A stretch of 64,000 bases of DNA from an uncultured Nitrososphaerota archaeon. Its GTDB lineage: Archaea > Thermoproteota > Nitrososphaeria > Conexivisphaerales > DTJL01. The notes under the pieces were generated by a model. That model worked only from the letters and a program-made list of their open reading frames with translations. It did not search any database and was not told where the DNA came from. Of this stretch, positions 48,288-57,440 are shown piece after piece. The DNA lies in NCBI GenBank assembly GCA_963842885.1, contig CAWJIE010000005.1, positions 160,001 to 224,000 of the forward strand. Reading direction: 5' to 3'. Positions within the stretch are counted from its first letter, which is position 1; the number at the start of each line of letters is the position of its first letter. The position numbers and the translations under genes were made by a program.

Positions 48288-49235
48288 TTGAAGTCGAGCG
48301 TCTTCGAGATGATCGAGGAGAGCAGAGAGCTCACCGAGAGGCTGTTCGGGAAGGAACTGGTATTCTACAAGCCCGACTTCCTCGGGTCCTCGAAGGACTC
48401 GTTTCCGACATTCTCTGTGACAGGCGCATCCTGTGCCCTCCAATGTGAGCATTGCAAGGCCGAAGTGCTGCGTTCGATGAAGCCGGCGCCGACTCCCGAG
48501 ACCCTCTTAGAGGACATGCTCTCGGCTCACGCCAAGGGCGCAAGGGGTTGCCTAGTGAGCGGCGGCTCCCGTCAAGACGGGTCGGTCCCTCTGGAGCCAT
48601 TTATCGATGCTATAGCTTCGGCCAAGCGGGAGACGGGGATGATCGTCGTCGTGCACACTGGGCTGACCAGGAAAGGGACGTCGTCGAAGCTGGCGAGGGC
48701 AGAGGTTGACGCGGCGCTCATCGACCTCCTGGGCGATGAGCATTCAATTCGGGACGTCTGCCATCTCGACTCGACAGTGAGCGACTACAGGCGGGCGGTG
48801 GCGGACCTCGTGGACGCCGGGATCCCGCTGACCCCCCACTACATCGTGGGGCTCGGCGCCAAGCCGTCGGCAATCGAAAACGTCCTCGACATGCTCGAAG
48901 AGCACCGGCCTCGGGCATTCATCGTCATCGCCCTTAGGCCCCTGCAGGGTACGCCGATGGCCGAGACTCCTCCTCCGACGCCTGAAGACGTCGGGCACGC
49001 CCTGGCGAGGGCGAGGCTCCGATTGAGGGACGTCCCTCTCGCGCTTGGATGCATGCGCCCAGTCGGGCGGCAACGCGAAGAGATAGACAGGATGGCCGTG
49101 GGGGCCGGAATCAACGCGCTGGCCCATCCGACTCCAGGCGCTTACGCCGCGGCGGAGAGCGGCGGTTGGAAGGTCACTGAAAGATTCACCTGCTGCTCGG
49201 AAGTCTTCGTCGACTACCCGACTCAGCCAGCCTGA
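48288..49235 (+). CDS. Radical SAM protein, LipS1-like (archaeal lipoyl synthase subunit)
   Basis: SVTG..CALQCEHC, LVSGG, HTGL, LGCMRP and C-terminal TCCS. Confidence 0.75.
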   Translation: MKSSVFEMIEESRELTERLFGKELVFYKPDFLGSSKDSFPTFSVTGASCALQCEHCKAEVLRSMKPAPTPETLLEDMLSAHAKGARGCLVSGGSRQDGSVPLEPFIDAIASAKRETGMIVVVHTGLTRKGTSSKLARAEVDAALIDLLGDEHSIRDVCHLDSTVSDYRRAVADLVDAGIPLTPHYIVGLGAKPSAIENVLDMLEEHRPRAFIVIALRPLQGTPMAETPPPTPEDVGHALARARLRLRDVPLALGCMRPVGRQREEIDRMAVGAGINALAHPTPGAYAAAESGGWKVTERFTCCSEVFVDYPTQPA

Positions 49236-49981
49236 TCTTCGCCGCCCTGGAACATGTTCGCGATGGCTGCAGAGAGGTCAAGGATCCCCTCCCCGCTAGA
49301 AGAGGACACGGGCCACAGGCGGCTTATGAAACCTTTCGAGCTCAGGGTCCTGAGGAGGCCAGAATACAGGAGGTAGTCATCTCCGGAGAGCTTCGAAGAG
49401 AGTTCGTCCAGAATCGTGCCGGGCTTGCGTGCCCACCCCTGAATCTTCTTGATCGAATCGGGGACCAGGTCGGCCTTCGACAGGATAGGAATGAAGGGGA
49501 CGCCGAACCTGAGCTTCACCGAGGAAGCCAGGAGCATCAAGGAGAGGAAGTTCGCCGCGTCGTTCATCAGCCAGGAGTCGAAGAGGAACAGGAGGGCGCT
49601 TTCGCCCTGCCCCATCTGCTTGACAATGAAAGGGCCGCTGGGCCGATAGGCGAAGAGCTCCATCTGCCCTGGAGTGTCGAAGATGACGTAGTCGGCATTG
49701 AATTCGTTGATCTCCTCTTGAAGCTCGGATGTCTTTGAAGCGATCATGTCGGCGGCCAACACGAGTCCGCCGTTAGGGCCCAAGTCATACTTCTCCATCA
49801 GCTCGTGGAGATTGACGGAGTTCCTGACGTCTACATCAGGGTCGTAGGGAAGGCTTTCGACCCCCGGGTCAAGGTTCACGGTCACCACATCCCATTCTTT
49901 GCCCACTAGCAGATCCTTCAGGGCATGTGTCATGAGGCTCTTACCAGCCCCTGCGGTGCCGACGACGAAAAGGTTGCTCAA
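49223..49981 (-). CDS. GPN-loop GTPase
   Basis: GTAGAGKS, NLDPG, LGPNG, DTPGQMELF, SKAD. Confidence 0.95.
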   Translation of the reverse strand: MSNLFVVGTAGAGKSLMTHALKDLLVGKEWDVVTVNLDPGVESLPYDPDVDVRNSVNLHELMEKYDLGPNGGLVLAADMIASKTSELQEEINEFNADYVIFDTPGQMELFAYRPSGPFIVKQMGQGESALLFLFDSWLMNDAANFLSLMLLASSVKLRFGVPFIPILSKADLVPDSIKKIQGWARKPGTILDELSSKLSGDDYLLYSGLLRTLSSKGFISRLWPVSSSSGEGILDLSAAIANMFQGGEDQAG

Positions 49982-50086
49982 CCGAAGGACACCAAGGAAG
50001 TGTTTTCTGTGTCCGTCATCAGCCCGATATTAACGTAGCTGATCTGCTGCAAGGCCCCCTCTATGGGTTTATAGAGGAGTCAGGCG

Positions 50087-50920
50087 TTGGGCGTCATTGT
50101 GAACTCACCATTCACCGCCGTAGTCATCGGCGTGGGGAACGAGTTGCTCAACGGTAGGACGGCCAACACGAACGCCCAGTGGTTGTGCGGCGAGATCTAT
50201 TCGTTGGGAGGATCGGTCAAGAGGGTTTTGACTGTCCCCGACGACCTTCAGGAGATCGAAGCGGCCTTGCGGGAGACCCTCCTCAGAGGGCCCCGATGGG
50301 TGATAATGACGGGAGGCCTGGGACCCACCTACGACGACATGACGCTCACGGGCGTGGCCGCGGCATTGGGCCGCGGACTGTCGGAGGACGAGGCGGCGAG
50401 GGAGATGATCTTGAAAAGGCTGAGAGAGTACAAGGTCCAGGGGAGGACTCAGCCACTCGACCTCACTCCAGAGAGGGCGAAGATGGCACGCATCCCGACC
50501 GGCTCGAAGCCGCTCTCAAACTCGGCGGGCACTGCGCCAGGGGTGCTGATCGAGTTGGACGGAGGATACGTCGCCTGCCTGCCCGGCGTCCCCTCCGAGA
50601 TGAAAGCCATCTTTCAGGAGCACCTGGCCCCGATGATGGCCAGGAATCGGCTGAAGACCGTCACCGTCGACACCGAGATCAGGGGCATCCCAGAAGCGGC
50701 GCTGGCGCCGACTCTCGCCATTCTCGCCAAGAAGTATCCGAGAATCTACGTTAAATCGCATCCAAGAGGCTTCGAAGGGGTGAGCAAGGTCCTCGTGCAG
50801 CTGACCGGGCGCGGCGACGAAGGCATTGATGAAGTAGAATCCGCCAGGAAGGAACTGGCCGCAGTCCTGGACAGATTGGATGCCGCCTACGAAATGCGGG
50901 CCAGACAGGACAACCAGTAG
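50087..50920 (+). CDS. CinA-like molybdopterin-binding domain protein
   Basis: GNELLNG...NTN, TGGLGPTYDDMT, GTAPG, LPGVPSEM, YVKSHP. Confidence 0.9.
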   Translation: MGVIVNSPFTAVVIGVGNELLNGRTANTNAQWLCGEIYSLGGSVKRVLTVPDDLQEIEAALRETLLRGPRWVIMTGGLGPTYDDMTLTGVAAALGRGLSEDEAAREMILKRLREYKVQGRTQPLDLTPERAKMARIPTGSKPLSNSAGTAPGVLIELDGGYVACLPGVPSEMKAIFQEHLAPMMARNRLKTVTVDTEIRGIPEAALAPTLAILAKKYPRIYVKSHPRGFEGVSKVLVQLTGRGDEGIDEVESARKELAAVLDRLDAAYEMRARQDNQ

Positions 50921-50947
50921 GGCTGGGTCACGCGACTGCCGACTGCA

Positions 50948-51163
50948 TTATTTCTTCTTGTCGCTGAGCCACCAGGCGAGGTAATCGTCCTCCATCCTCC
51001 GCCGCTTCTTCTTGTCGTCCTCGCCCCCCTCTCTTATCCTGGTCTTGATGTCATCAAGTTGCTCTCTCGTCACGAAGAGCCCGCAGCGTTTGCATTGAAA
51101 ATGCTTTGTCGACAGTTCGTAAACCATGTCTCCGCCACATTCAGGACAGACCGTTTGGGACAT
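50948..51163 (-). CDS. Small zinc-ribbon protein
   Basis: CPECGG...CKRCG, C-terminal YLAWWLS.KK. Confidence 0.8.
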   Translation of the reverse strand: MSQTVCPECGGDMVYELSTKHFQCKRCGLFVTREQLDDIKTRIREGGEDDKKKRRRMEDDYLAWWLSDKKK

Positions 51164-51293
51164 TCAACCGCCCCGGTTCTTAGAAGGCTCTCCCGGGGTC
51201 CTCTCCTTAAACCTTTTCCAGCAGATGGTCACGTCCTTCCTCCGGGATAGCTTTAAAACAGAGCCGAAGGTGATAAGGCGAGCTGATTGCCAC

Positions 51294-52181
51294 TTGGATG
51301 AAGTATACGTCGCCGGCGGCCCCGCGTCTCTCCAGCTCGCTGACGAGACCGCGAAACTGCTCAGGGCGAAGCAGATCAAGGTGGACCACAAGCTCTTCCC
51401 GGACGGCGAGAACTACTTCAAACTGACCGGGGACGAAGTGGCACATAACGTGTTCGTGTTTCAATCCACCTACCCGCCTCAGGATCGCCACCTGGTGCAG
51501 CTCATGCTGATGTCCAACAAGTTGCTGGAAGACGGCGTAAGGGTCGTCGCGGTCGTCCCTTACCTGGCATACGCCAGGCAGCACAGGACCTTCCTTCTAG
51601 GCGAGGTAGTGTCGCTCAAGGCCGTAGCGAGGATGATGGCCTCGGCAGGCATCAAGAGGATTATCACCATAGACATCCACAACTTGGAGGGCTTGGGGTT
51701 CTTCGACATCCCCGCCCACAGCCTTTCTGCTGTTCCTCTCCTGGCAGACTATCTGAGTGCCAGCGAGTCGATGAACAAGCCGTTCGTGATGGCCCCCGAT
51801 GCAGGGGCTTCCGTCAGGGCGGAGGCCATGGCGACGAGGATGAGATGCGAGTTCGCAGCCCTGGAGAAGACCAGGGACAGGGTCACAGGAGAGACCTCCA
51901 TACGCATGCCGCAGGATGTCGATGTGGCCGGCAAGGACGTCGTGGTATTGGACGACATGATCTCCACCGGGGGGACCATCGCGAAGGCAGCTAAGCTTGT
52001 CAGGGAGAAGGGAGCCAAGGGGGTAATCGCGGCCTGCACTCACGCCCTGTTGGCCGAAGGGGCCATGGGGAAGATGAAGGAGGCTGGGATAAGGGAGCTG
52101 GTGGCTACGAACACGGTCCCTTCACCGTACAGCAAGGTTTCGGTCGCCCCGCTGATAGCCGATTTCATCAAACAGCTCTGA
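51294..52181 (+). CDS. prs: Ribose-phosphate pyrophosphokinase
   Basis: FPDGE, PYLAYARQ, DIH, APDAGA, DDMISTGGT, TNTV. TTG start at 51294. Confidence 0.95.
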   Translation: MDEVYVAGGPASLQLADETAKLLRAKQIKVDHKLFPDGENYFKLTGDEVAHNVFVFQSTYPPQDRHLVQLMLMSNKLLEDGVRVVAVVPYLAYARQHRTFLLGEVVSLKAVARMMASAGIKRIITIDIHNLEGLGFFDIPAHSLSAVPLLADYLSASESMNKPFVMAPDAGASVRAEAMATRMRCEFAALEKTRDRVTGETSIRMPQDVDVAGKDVVVLDDMISTGGTIAKAAKLVREKGAKGVIAACTHALLAEGAMGKMKEAGIRELVATNTVPSPYSKVSVAPLIADFIKQL

Positions 52182-52193
52182 CACCTCCGTGAA

Positions 52194-53333
52194 CTACCCA
52201 CGAATGAATTGGTGGGCTTCTTGCTTCACTGGAGCGAACTTGCTTATCCTCCTGCGTTGGACGAGTAGAGGCTGCTCCTCCGCACAGGCCTGTTCCAGAC
52301 CCGCCTTCAGGATGTTTCGTGCCGCATTCACATCCCTGTCCATGACCAGTCCGCATTTCGGGCAGCCATGGACTCTTTCCGATAGCTCCTTCAAAACCAC
52401 TTCTCCGCACCCAGAGCATTTCTGCGACGTTCCGCACGGGCCGACGAGGATTACCCGCCCACCACGCCTTTCTGCCTTGTAGACAGTGAACTGGCGTAGC
52501 TTACCCCATGCGGAGTCCATTATCGCCGATGCGAGGGAATGGTTCTTCACCATGTTCCCGATCCTGAGGTCTTCGAACACGATGACCTTGTTCTCCTTCG
52601 TTAGTTGGTCAGAGAGTTTGTGAGCGAAGTCATCCCTCTGCCTCCTCACCTTCCTCCATGCTTTCGCCAAAGATACTTTGGCTTTCTCCCGATTGTTGGA
52701 ACCACGCTCCTTACGAGAAAGCGTCCTCTGGAGCGATTTGATTCGTTCCGCCGAGCGTTTCAAGAAATGAGGAGCGCTTACGAGAGTTCCATCGCTGAGG
52801 GCGACGATGTTCGAGATTCTCATGTCTATGCCGACCTTATCATCTCCTGATTGCACTACGCTGGGAGCTTCCTCGGCTAGCAGGGCCACAAACCACTGGT
52901 CGATGTCCCTGATCACGGTGACCCGCTTTATCGCCCCAATAACATTGCGATGAAGTGTCACTCTTACCTTGCCGATTGCGCTGAGTCTGATTCTGTGGTC
53001 TTCGAGCCTGAAACCAGACTGGGGATAGGTGAACGAGTTGTAACGCCCGCTCCTCCTGAACTTCGGGTATCTGCTCAGCCCAGCGAAGAAAGCCTGATAC
53101 GCCTTGTCGAGCCTCAGGACGACGTCCTGCAGGACCTGAGAGTGGATTGATCTGAGGTGCTTGTCATTCTGCTTCAATTCCGCGAGTTTCCGCTTCTGCT
53201 CGTAGAAACCACTATGGTTCTCAATCCTGTCGGCGAGCATGGAGTTGTAGAGCCTCCTGCAAGTTTCAAGCGTCTCCTCCATGATTCTCGCCTGCGCCTC
53301 GGTCGGATAGATGCGGAACCTGTAGGTCATCAT
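52194..53333 (-). CDS. tnpB: RNA-guided endonuclease TnpB
   Basis: YRFRIYPT HTH, RuvC GID / FEDL / DRDVNAARNI, zinc finger CSGC..CPKC; ATGA overlap with tnpA. Confidence 0.95.
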   Translation of the reverse strand: MMTYRFRIYPTEAQARIMEETLETCRRLYNSMLADRIENHSGFYEQKRKLAELKQNDKHLRSIHSQVLQDVVLRLDKAYQAFFAGLSRYPKFRRSGRYNSFTYPQSGFRLEDHRIRLSAIGKVRVTLHRNVIGAIKRVTVIRDIDQWFVALLAEEAPSVVQSGDDKVGIDMRISNIVALSDGTLVSAPHFLKRSAERIKSLQRTLSRKERGSNNREKAKVSLAKAWRKVRRQRDDFAHKLSDQLTKENKVIVFEDLRIGNMVKNHSLASAIMDSAWGKLRQFTVYKAERRGGRVILVGPCGTSQKCSGCGEVVLKELSERVHGCPKCGLVMDRDVNAARNILKAGLEQACAEEQPLLVQRRRISKFAPVKQEAHQFIRG

Positions 53334-53728
53334 ATCCCTTTCTGCTCCTCCACATACCTCTTGATGGTCTCTGAAGAGACGTGCCCATGCGTCGAAACGA
53401 AGTAGCTCCTCGTCCAAAGGGTAGGGAGACGGGATTTGAGCTCTGGGAACTCCTCCCTGAGCACCCGGGAAGTGTAGCCCTTGATTGCCGCTATGATCCT
53501 GTTCGGTGCTATGGTGGGCGCAGACTGGACGAAGATGTGAACGTAGTCGGGCATGGTTTCGAGGGCGAGGATGGTGCATCCGAGTTCGGCGGCCTTCTCC
53601 TGAATCAACTGCTTGAGCCTCGATTCGACGTCACCAACTATAACCTTCCTCCGATACTTCGGGCACCAGACAAAGTGATAATTCATGAAATGAACAGATG
53701 TTTCGGAGGAAAGGTATCCCTTCGGCAT
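53330..53728 (-). CDS. tnpA: Y1 HUH transposase TnpA (HUH reads YVH)
   Basis: YHFVWCPKYRR, PDYVHIFV, KGYTSR, LWTRSYF, YVEEQ. Confidence 0.92.
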   Translation of the reverse strand: MPKGYLSSETSVHFMNYHFVWCPKYRRKVIVGDVESRLKQLIQEKAAELGCTILALETMPDYVHIFVQSAPTIAPNRIIAAIKGYTSRVLREEFPELKSRLPTLWTRSYFVSTHGHVSSETIKRYVEEQKGI

Positions 53729-53878
53729 TGTATTAGATGCATATGTTACATCTATATATAACTTTGTTGGGGACACAAATTCATCCCACCCATAAATGGT
53801 GTGGGGTTTCTTTGTTTCCCCAAACCCCTTCATTGGCTAAATACGGCCGCCTCCTCCGCCATTGACGGGAGGGCCTCC

Positions 53879-54868
53879 TTGATAGTGTACGGCGACCCCA
53901 GCGGCGGCAGGCTCGACGTTGCAGCGGCCGAACTGGAGGCGCTTATGGAAGCGTCCGGTCAACGTGCGACCGTCAGGGCTGAGGGGGGGCTTGTGACCTG
54001 TGAAGTGAAGGAGCTTCGGGCCGAAACGATCGCCAGGGCTGCGTACCTGCAGGACGTCGGAGAGCTCCTGTACCTTGCCTGCGACCTGCCCGATGACGCG
54101 AAGAGACTGGATTTCTCTCGGCTGGCGGGGAGGACCTTCAAGGTCGACGCCGAGGGGTTCAGCGGAGGGGGGAAGAGGTCCATCGACGAGGCCTACGGCG
54201 ATTGGGTCCTCAGGTCGGCCGAGGGCTCGTCCGTGAGGATGAAGGAGCCTGACGCGGTGGTCCGGGTCGTGAAGAAGGGGAAGATGTCGTTCGTCGGGCT
54301 TACGACCCCGCGGGGAAGAGGGAAGTGGGTAGAGAGGAGGCCCAGGGCGCGCGCGTTCTTTCACCCTTCCGCTCTGTTCCCCAAGCTGGCGAGGCTCATG
54401 GTGAACCTGTCGGCGGTCGGTCCCGGTGAAACCTTCCTCGATCCGTTCTCTGGGACAGGAAGCACGGTCATCGAGGCCTGCTTGGTCGGGGCGTACGGCC
54501 TCGGTTTGGACGTCGACAAAAGGATGGTCTTCGGCGGCCGGAGGAACCTGCGAGGGTTCGGCCTTGACCGGGAAAGTCAGGTGCTGCGAGGAGATGCAAG
54601 GTTCCTTCCGTTCAGGGAGGTCGACGCCATCGCGGGGGACGTCCCGTATGGGAGGGCGAGCTCGACGAAAGGCGCGGCCTCGAGAGACCTCCTTGAAGCC
54701 CTCCTGGTGCGAGGGAGACGGTGTCTCCGGCATGGCGGGAGGCTAGTGGTGATGCACCAGAAGAGCGCGCCGCTGGGCGAGCCAAAAGGATTTGAAGTAC
54801 TAGGGGAATACGAGTTCTACGTGCACCGAAGCCTAACCAGGGTGATATCGGTGCTGAGGAAGTCCTGA
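53879..54868 (+). CDS. THUMP-domain tRNA m2G10 methyltransferase (Trm-G10/Trm11-like)
   Basis: RPRARAFFHPSAL.PKLAR.MVNL, DPFSGTGS, DVPYGR, VHRSLTR. Confidence 0.85.
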   Translation: MIVYGDPSGGRLDVAAAELEALMEASGQRATVRAEGGLVTCEVKELRAETIARAAYLQDVGELLYLACDLPDDAKRLDFSRLAGRTFKVDAEGFSGGGKRSIDEAYGDWVLRSAEGSSVRMKEPDAVVRVVKKGKMSFVGLTTPRGRGKWVERRPRARAFFHPSALFPKLARLMVNLSAVGPGETFLDPFSGTGSTVIEACLVGAYGLGLDVDKRMVFGGRRNLRGFGLDRESQVLRGDARFLPFREVDAIAGDVPYGRASSTKGAASRDLLEALLVRGRRCLRHGGRLVVMHQKSAPLGEPKGFEVLGEYEFYVHRSLTRVISVLRKS

Positions 54869-54872
54869 GGGC

Positions 54873-55784
54873 ATGTTCAGGGTGACGCTGCTGGGGACTG
54901 CGGCCGCGGCCCCGACTAGAGAGAGGGGGCTCCCAGCCGTGGCAGTGGAGAGAGAGGGGAAGCTCATGCTTTTCGATTGCGGCGAAGGGACGCAGCGGCA
55001 GATGATCATGGCCAAGCCTTCGATCTCAAATCCCAAATGCGTATTCATCACCCATCTCCACGGCGACCACATGCTGGGGCTGCTGGGCCTCATCCAGAGC
55101 CTAGCCCTTCAGAACAGGGAGGAGCCGCTCCAAGTGTTCGGTCCTCGCGGACTGGACGAGATCATCAGGTTCAACCTTTCCGCCCTTCACGTCTATGTTC
55201 CATACAAGATCTCCTTCCATCGTGTCTCGCCCGGCGTCGTGCTGAAGGAGAGGGAGTTCAAGGTGAAGGCACACAGGACTCATCACACTGATGACAGCTT
55301 CGCGTACCGCCTCGACGAATCGACTAGACCCGGAAGATTCTTCCCCGAGAAGGCGCGGGCCTTGGGCGTTCCGAAGGGCCCTCTCTGGAAGAGGCTCCAG
55401 GATGGCAGGACCGTCAAGCTGAACGGGCGAATCATACGGCCTGGCCAGGTGTCAGGCCCCAGGAGGAAGGGGAGGAGCTTCGGTTATTCAGGGGATGCCA
55501 GGCCCACGAAGGACCTGGTGAGTTTCTTCCGAAAAGTCGACCTCCTGGTCTTCGATGGGACCTACAGCGAGGAGTTCGCCGACAAGGCGAAGGAGTACCT
55601 ACATTCGACGGTGGGCGAGGCCGCGCAGCTCGCATCAGGGGCGAACGTGGGAAGCCTCGTCATCACCCACATCAGCGCGCGCGTCAACGATGCTACGCTG
55701 TTGCTGAGGCAGGCTTCGAAGCGCTTCCGGAACGTTTCAATAGGCGAAGATTTCAGCAGCTACGATTTAGCGCTTCCTGAATGA
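54873..55784 (+). CDS. rnz: Ribonuclease Z
   Basis: LGT, DCGEGTQ, THLHGDH, GP-rich exosite, YSGD, HST, THISAR. Confidence 0.95.
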   Translation: MFRVTLLGTAAAAPTRERGLPAVAVEREGKLMLFDCGEGTQRQMIMAKPSISNPKCVFITHLHGDHMLGLLGLIQSLALQNREEPLQVFGPRGLDEIIRFNLSALHVYVPYKISFHRVSPGVVLKEREFKVKAHRTHHTDDSFAYRLDESTRPGRFFPEKARALGVPKGPLWKRLQDGRTVKLNGRIIRPGQVSGPRRKGRSFGYSGDARPTKDLVSFFRKVDLLVFDGTYSEEFADKAKEYLHSTVGEAAQLASGANVGSLVITHISARVNDATLLLRQASKRFRNVSIGEDFSSYDLALPE

Positions 55785-56222
55785 ATATCTGGGACGCCGC
55801 AGGTCGGGCGCTATCCAGTCGATCAAATGCCCCACTTCCGGCGTCTCCACATGGACGGTGATCGGACCCAAGGGGGACTCCGCTTCGTTTTCGCAGAAAA
55901 CGACGATTCCTCCTGCGGCCACCTGTTTGTTCAGCATGAAGCTCGTGGAACCTTCCTCTTGGCGCTGCCTCAGAAGTCGTCTAAGGACGCTGATCGTCAT
56001 CCTCGACCTCGCCTGCTCGTAGACTTTGGCGAGCGCCTGATCCCCCGCGTACTCGGCTACGACGAATCCGGCCGAGGACGAGAGGCCCGTCCTGGAGGCG
56101 GACCCGAAGAGCAAGTCCACGGCTGCCAAGACCTTCGCCGGATCTTCGGAGAGGTTGACCGGTGCCCTGACCGTGACCGTCAGCCCGAAGGCGAAGCGGT
56201 TCCTCAGGCGTTCCCCTGCCAT
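55767..56222 (-). CDS. UPF0201/DUF54 putative RNA-binding protein
   Basis: SEDPAKV..A, LNKQVA, SPLGPI, IDWIA. Confidence 0.85.
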   Translation of the reverse strand: MAGERLRNRFAFGLTVTVRAPVNLSEDPAKVLAAVDLLFGSASRTGLSSSAGFVVAEYAGDQALAKVYEQARSRMTISVLRRLLRQRQEEGSTSFMLNKQVAAGGIVVFCENEAESPLGPITVHVETPEVGHLIDWIAPDLRRPRYSFRKR

Positions 56223-56767
56223 TCCGCGACAACCCCTCTGACTCTATCGTCGAGCATCTTGATAGAATTGCTCTCATTTTCGATGATCCGGTCGGCGAGT
56301 GCGATGACCTTGCCTAGCCCAAGGTCCAGCTCCCTCTGATCCCTGGCTTCGAAGTCGGCAAACGAAATGGGATCGTCGTGGCGTCCTCGCGAACTGAGTA
56401 GCTCGTAGCGACGCAACGGGGAGGCGTGGATGCCCAGCACCTTGACCGTGCCCACGCCCCTGAAAGTGTTCACCTCGTCCAGAGACCGTGCGCCGTCTAT
56501 CACGACCTTCCGAAGGCCCTTCAATCGTATCTCTTCCACGCATAGCTTCGCTATGGCCGCGGGCCCTCCTTCGGCCCTTAGAGTGAGCATCATCTGCATC
56601 TGCCCCTCTTTATCCAGACCCAACCCTCTCTTCTGGGCCTCACGCCTGACGACGTCGCCCATGCTCACGATCGTGAAGCCGGAACTCACCAAGGCTTTCG
56701 TGGCGGTGGTCTTCCCAGCTCCGGGCATGCCCGTCACGCAAACTATGAAGGCGTCTCCGCCGTTCAA
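56204..56767 (-). CDS. UPF0200 P-loop kinase (dephospho-CoA kinase-like)
   Basis: TGMPGAGKTT, MGDVVR, IDGARS, RGR.DD, RDQREL.LG. Confidence 0.85.
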   Translation of the reverse strand: MNGGDAFIVCVTGMPGAGKTTATKALVSSGFTIVSMGDVVRREAQKRGLGLDKEGQMQMMLTLRAEGGPAAIAKLCVEEIRLKGLRKVVIDGARSLDEVNTFRGVGTVKVLGIHASPLRRYELLSSRGRHDDPISFADFEARDQRELDLGLGKVIALADRIIENESNSIKMLDDRVRGVVAEWQGNA

Positions 56768-56888
56768 AGGCCGTTTCTCCGGATACAGGGTCTTATCGGC
56801 TTGGTATTAAGGAGGTCGGGGAAGTGAAAGCGTTTCGCGCGTCTTCATCAGAACATACATATCTACCTCGACAAGCCATGGAGAACCC

Positions 56889-57440
56889 GTGAGCTTGCGG
56901 ACGTTCGTGGCTCTGGAGCTGAAGGACCAGGCGCTCAAGCGGAAGATAGCGGAGCTCCAGAGGCTCCTCCTCGCCACCGGAGCGCAGCTGAAGGCTGTGG
57001 AGACGGATAATCTCCACATCACGCTGAAGTTCATCGGGGACCTCCCTGAGGCTTCCGTTGAGCCTGTGGTCGAATCTCTGAGGAAGATCAGGATGCCTTC
57101 ATTCTCCGCTCACTTCAATGGCCTCGGCGTATTTCCATCGAATTCGAGGATCAATGTGGTCTGGCTGGGCGTCGCTGAAGGCGGGGAAACGATGAGGGCC
57201 CTCAGTTCGCTCGTGAACGAGAAGCTCGCCTCCTACGGCAGGCCAGAGGATTTCCGTGCCCACCTGACCATCATGCGCGTCAAGGGGGGGCGCAACGTCG
57301 CGGAGCTGTCCGAGTCCGTCCGGAAGCTAGGCGAGGAGGAGGGTGGGAATGTCGAGTTCAGAGAGTTCCAGTTGAAGAAGAGCGTCCTCACTCCTGTGGG
57401 TCCGCTCTACAGCGACTTGGCCGTCTTCCCCCTAGGGTGA
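56889..57440 (+). CDS. thpR: RNA 2',3'-cyclic phosphodiesterase (2H family)
   Basis: Two HxT motifs (HITLKF, HLTI), S.LTP.GP.Y. Confidence 0.92.
   Translation: MSLRTFVALELKDQALKRKIAELQRLLLATGAQLKAVETDNLHITLKFIGDLPEASVEPVVESLRKIRMPSFSAHFNGLGVFPSNSRINVVWLGVAEGGETMRALSSLVNEKLASYGRPEDFRAHLTIMRVKGGRNVAELSESVRKLGEEEGGNVEFREFQLKKSVLTPVGPLYSDLAVFPLG

Larger units (their letters stand above)
52189..53836 (-). mobile_element. IS200/IS605-family element (tnpA and tnpB in tandem)
   Basis: Right end hairpin cccaccaattcattcgtggg followed by tagTTCAC (boundary 52189); long left-end hairpin at 53767-53823; lower GC than the flanks. Left boundary approximate (candidate TTAG). Confidence 0.88.

Noticed and set aside
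53333-53579. N-terminal extension of TnpB (461-aa ORF)
   Set aside because: Alternative frame of tnpA; TnpB homology starts at MMTYRFRIYP.
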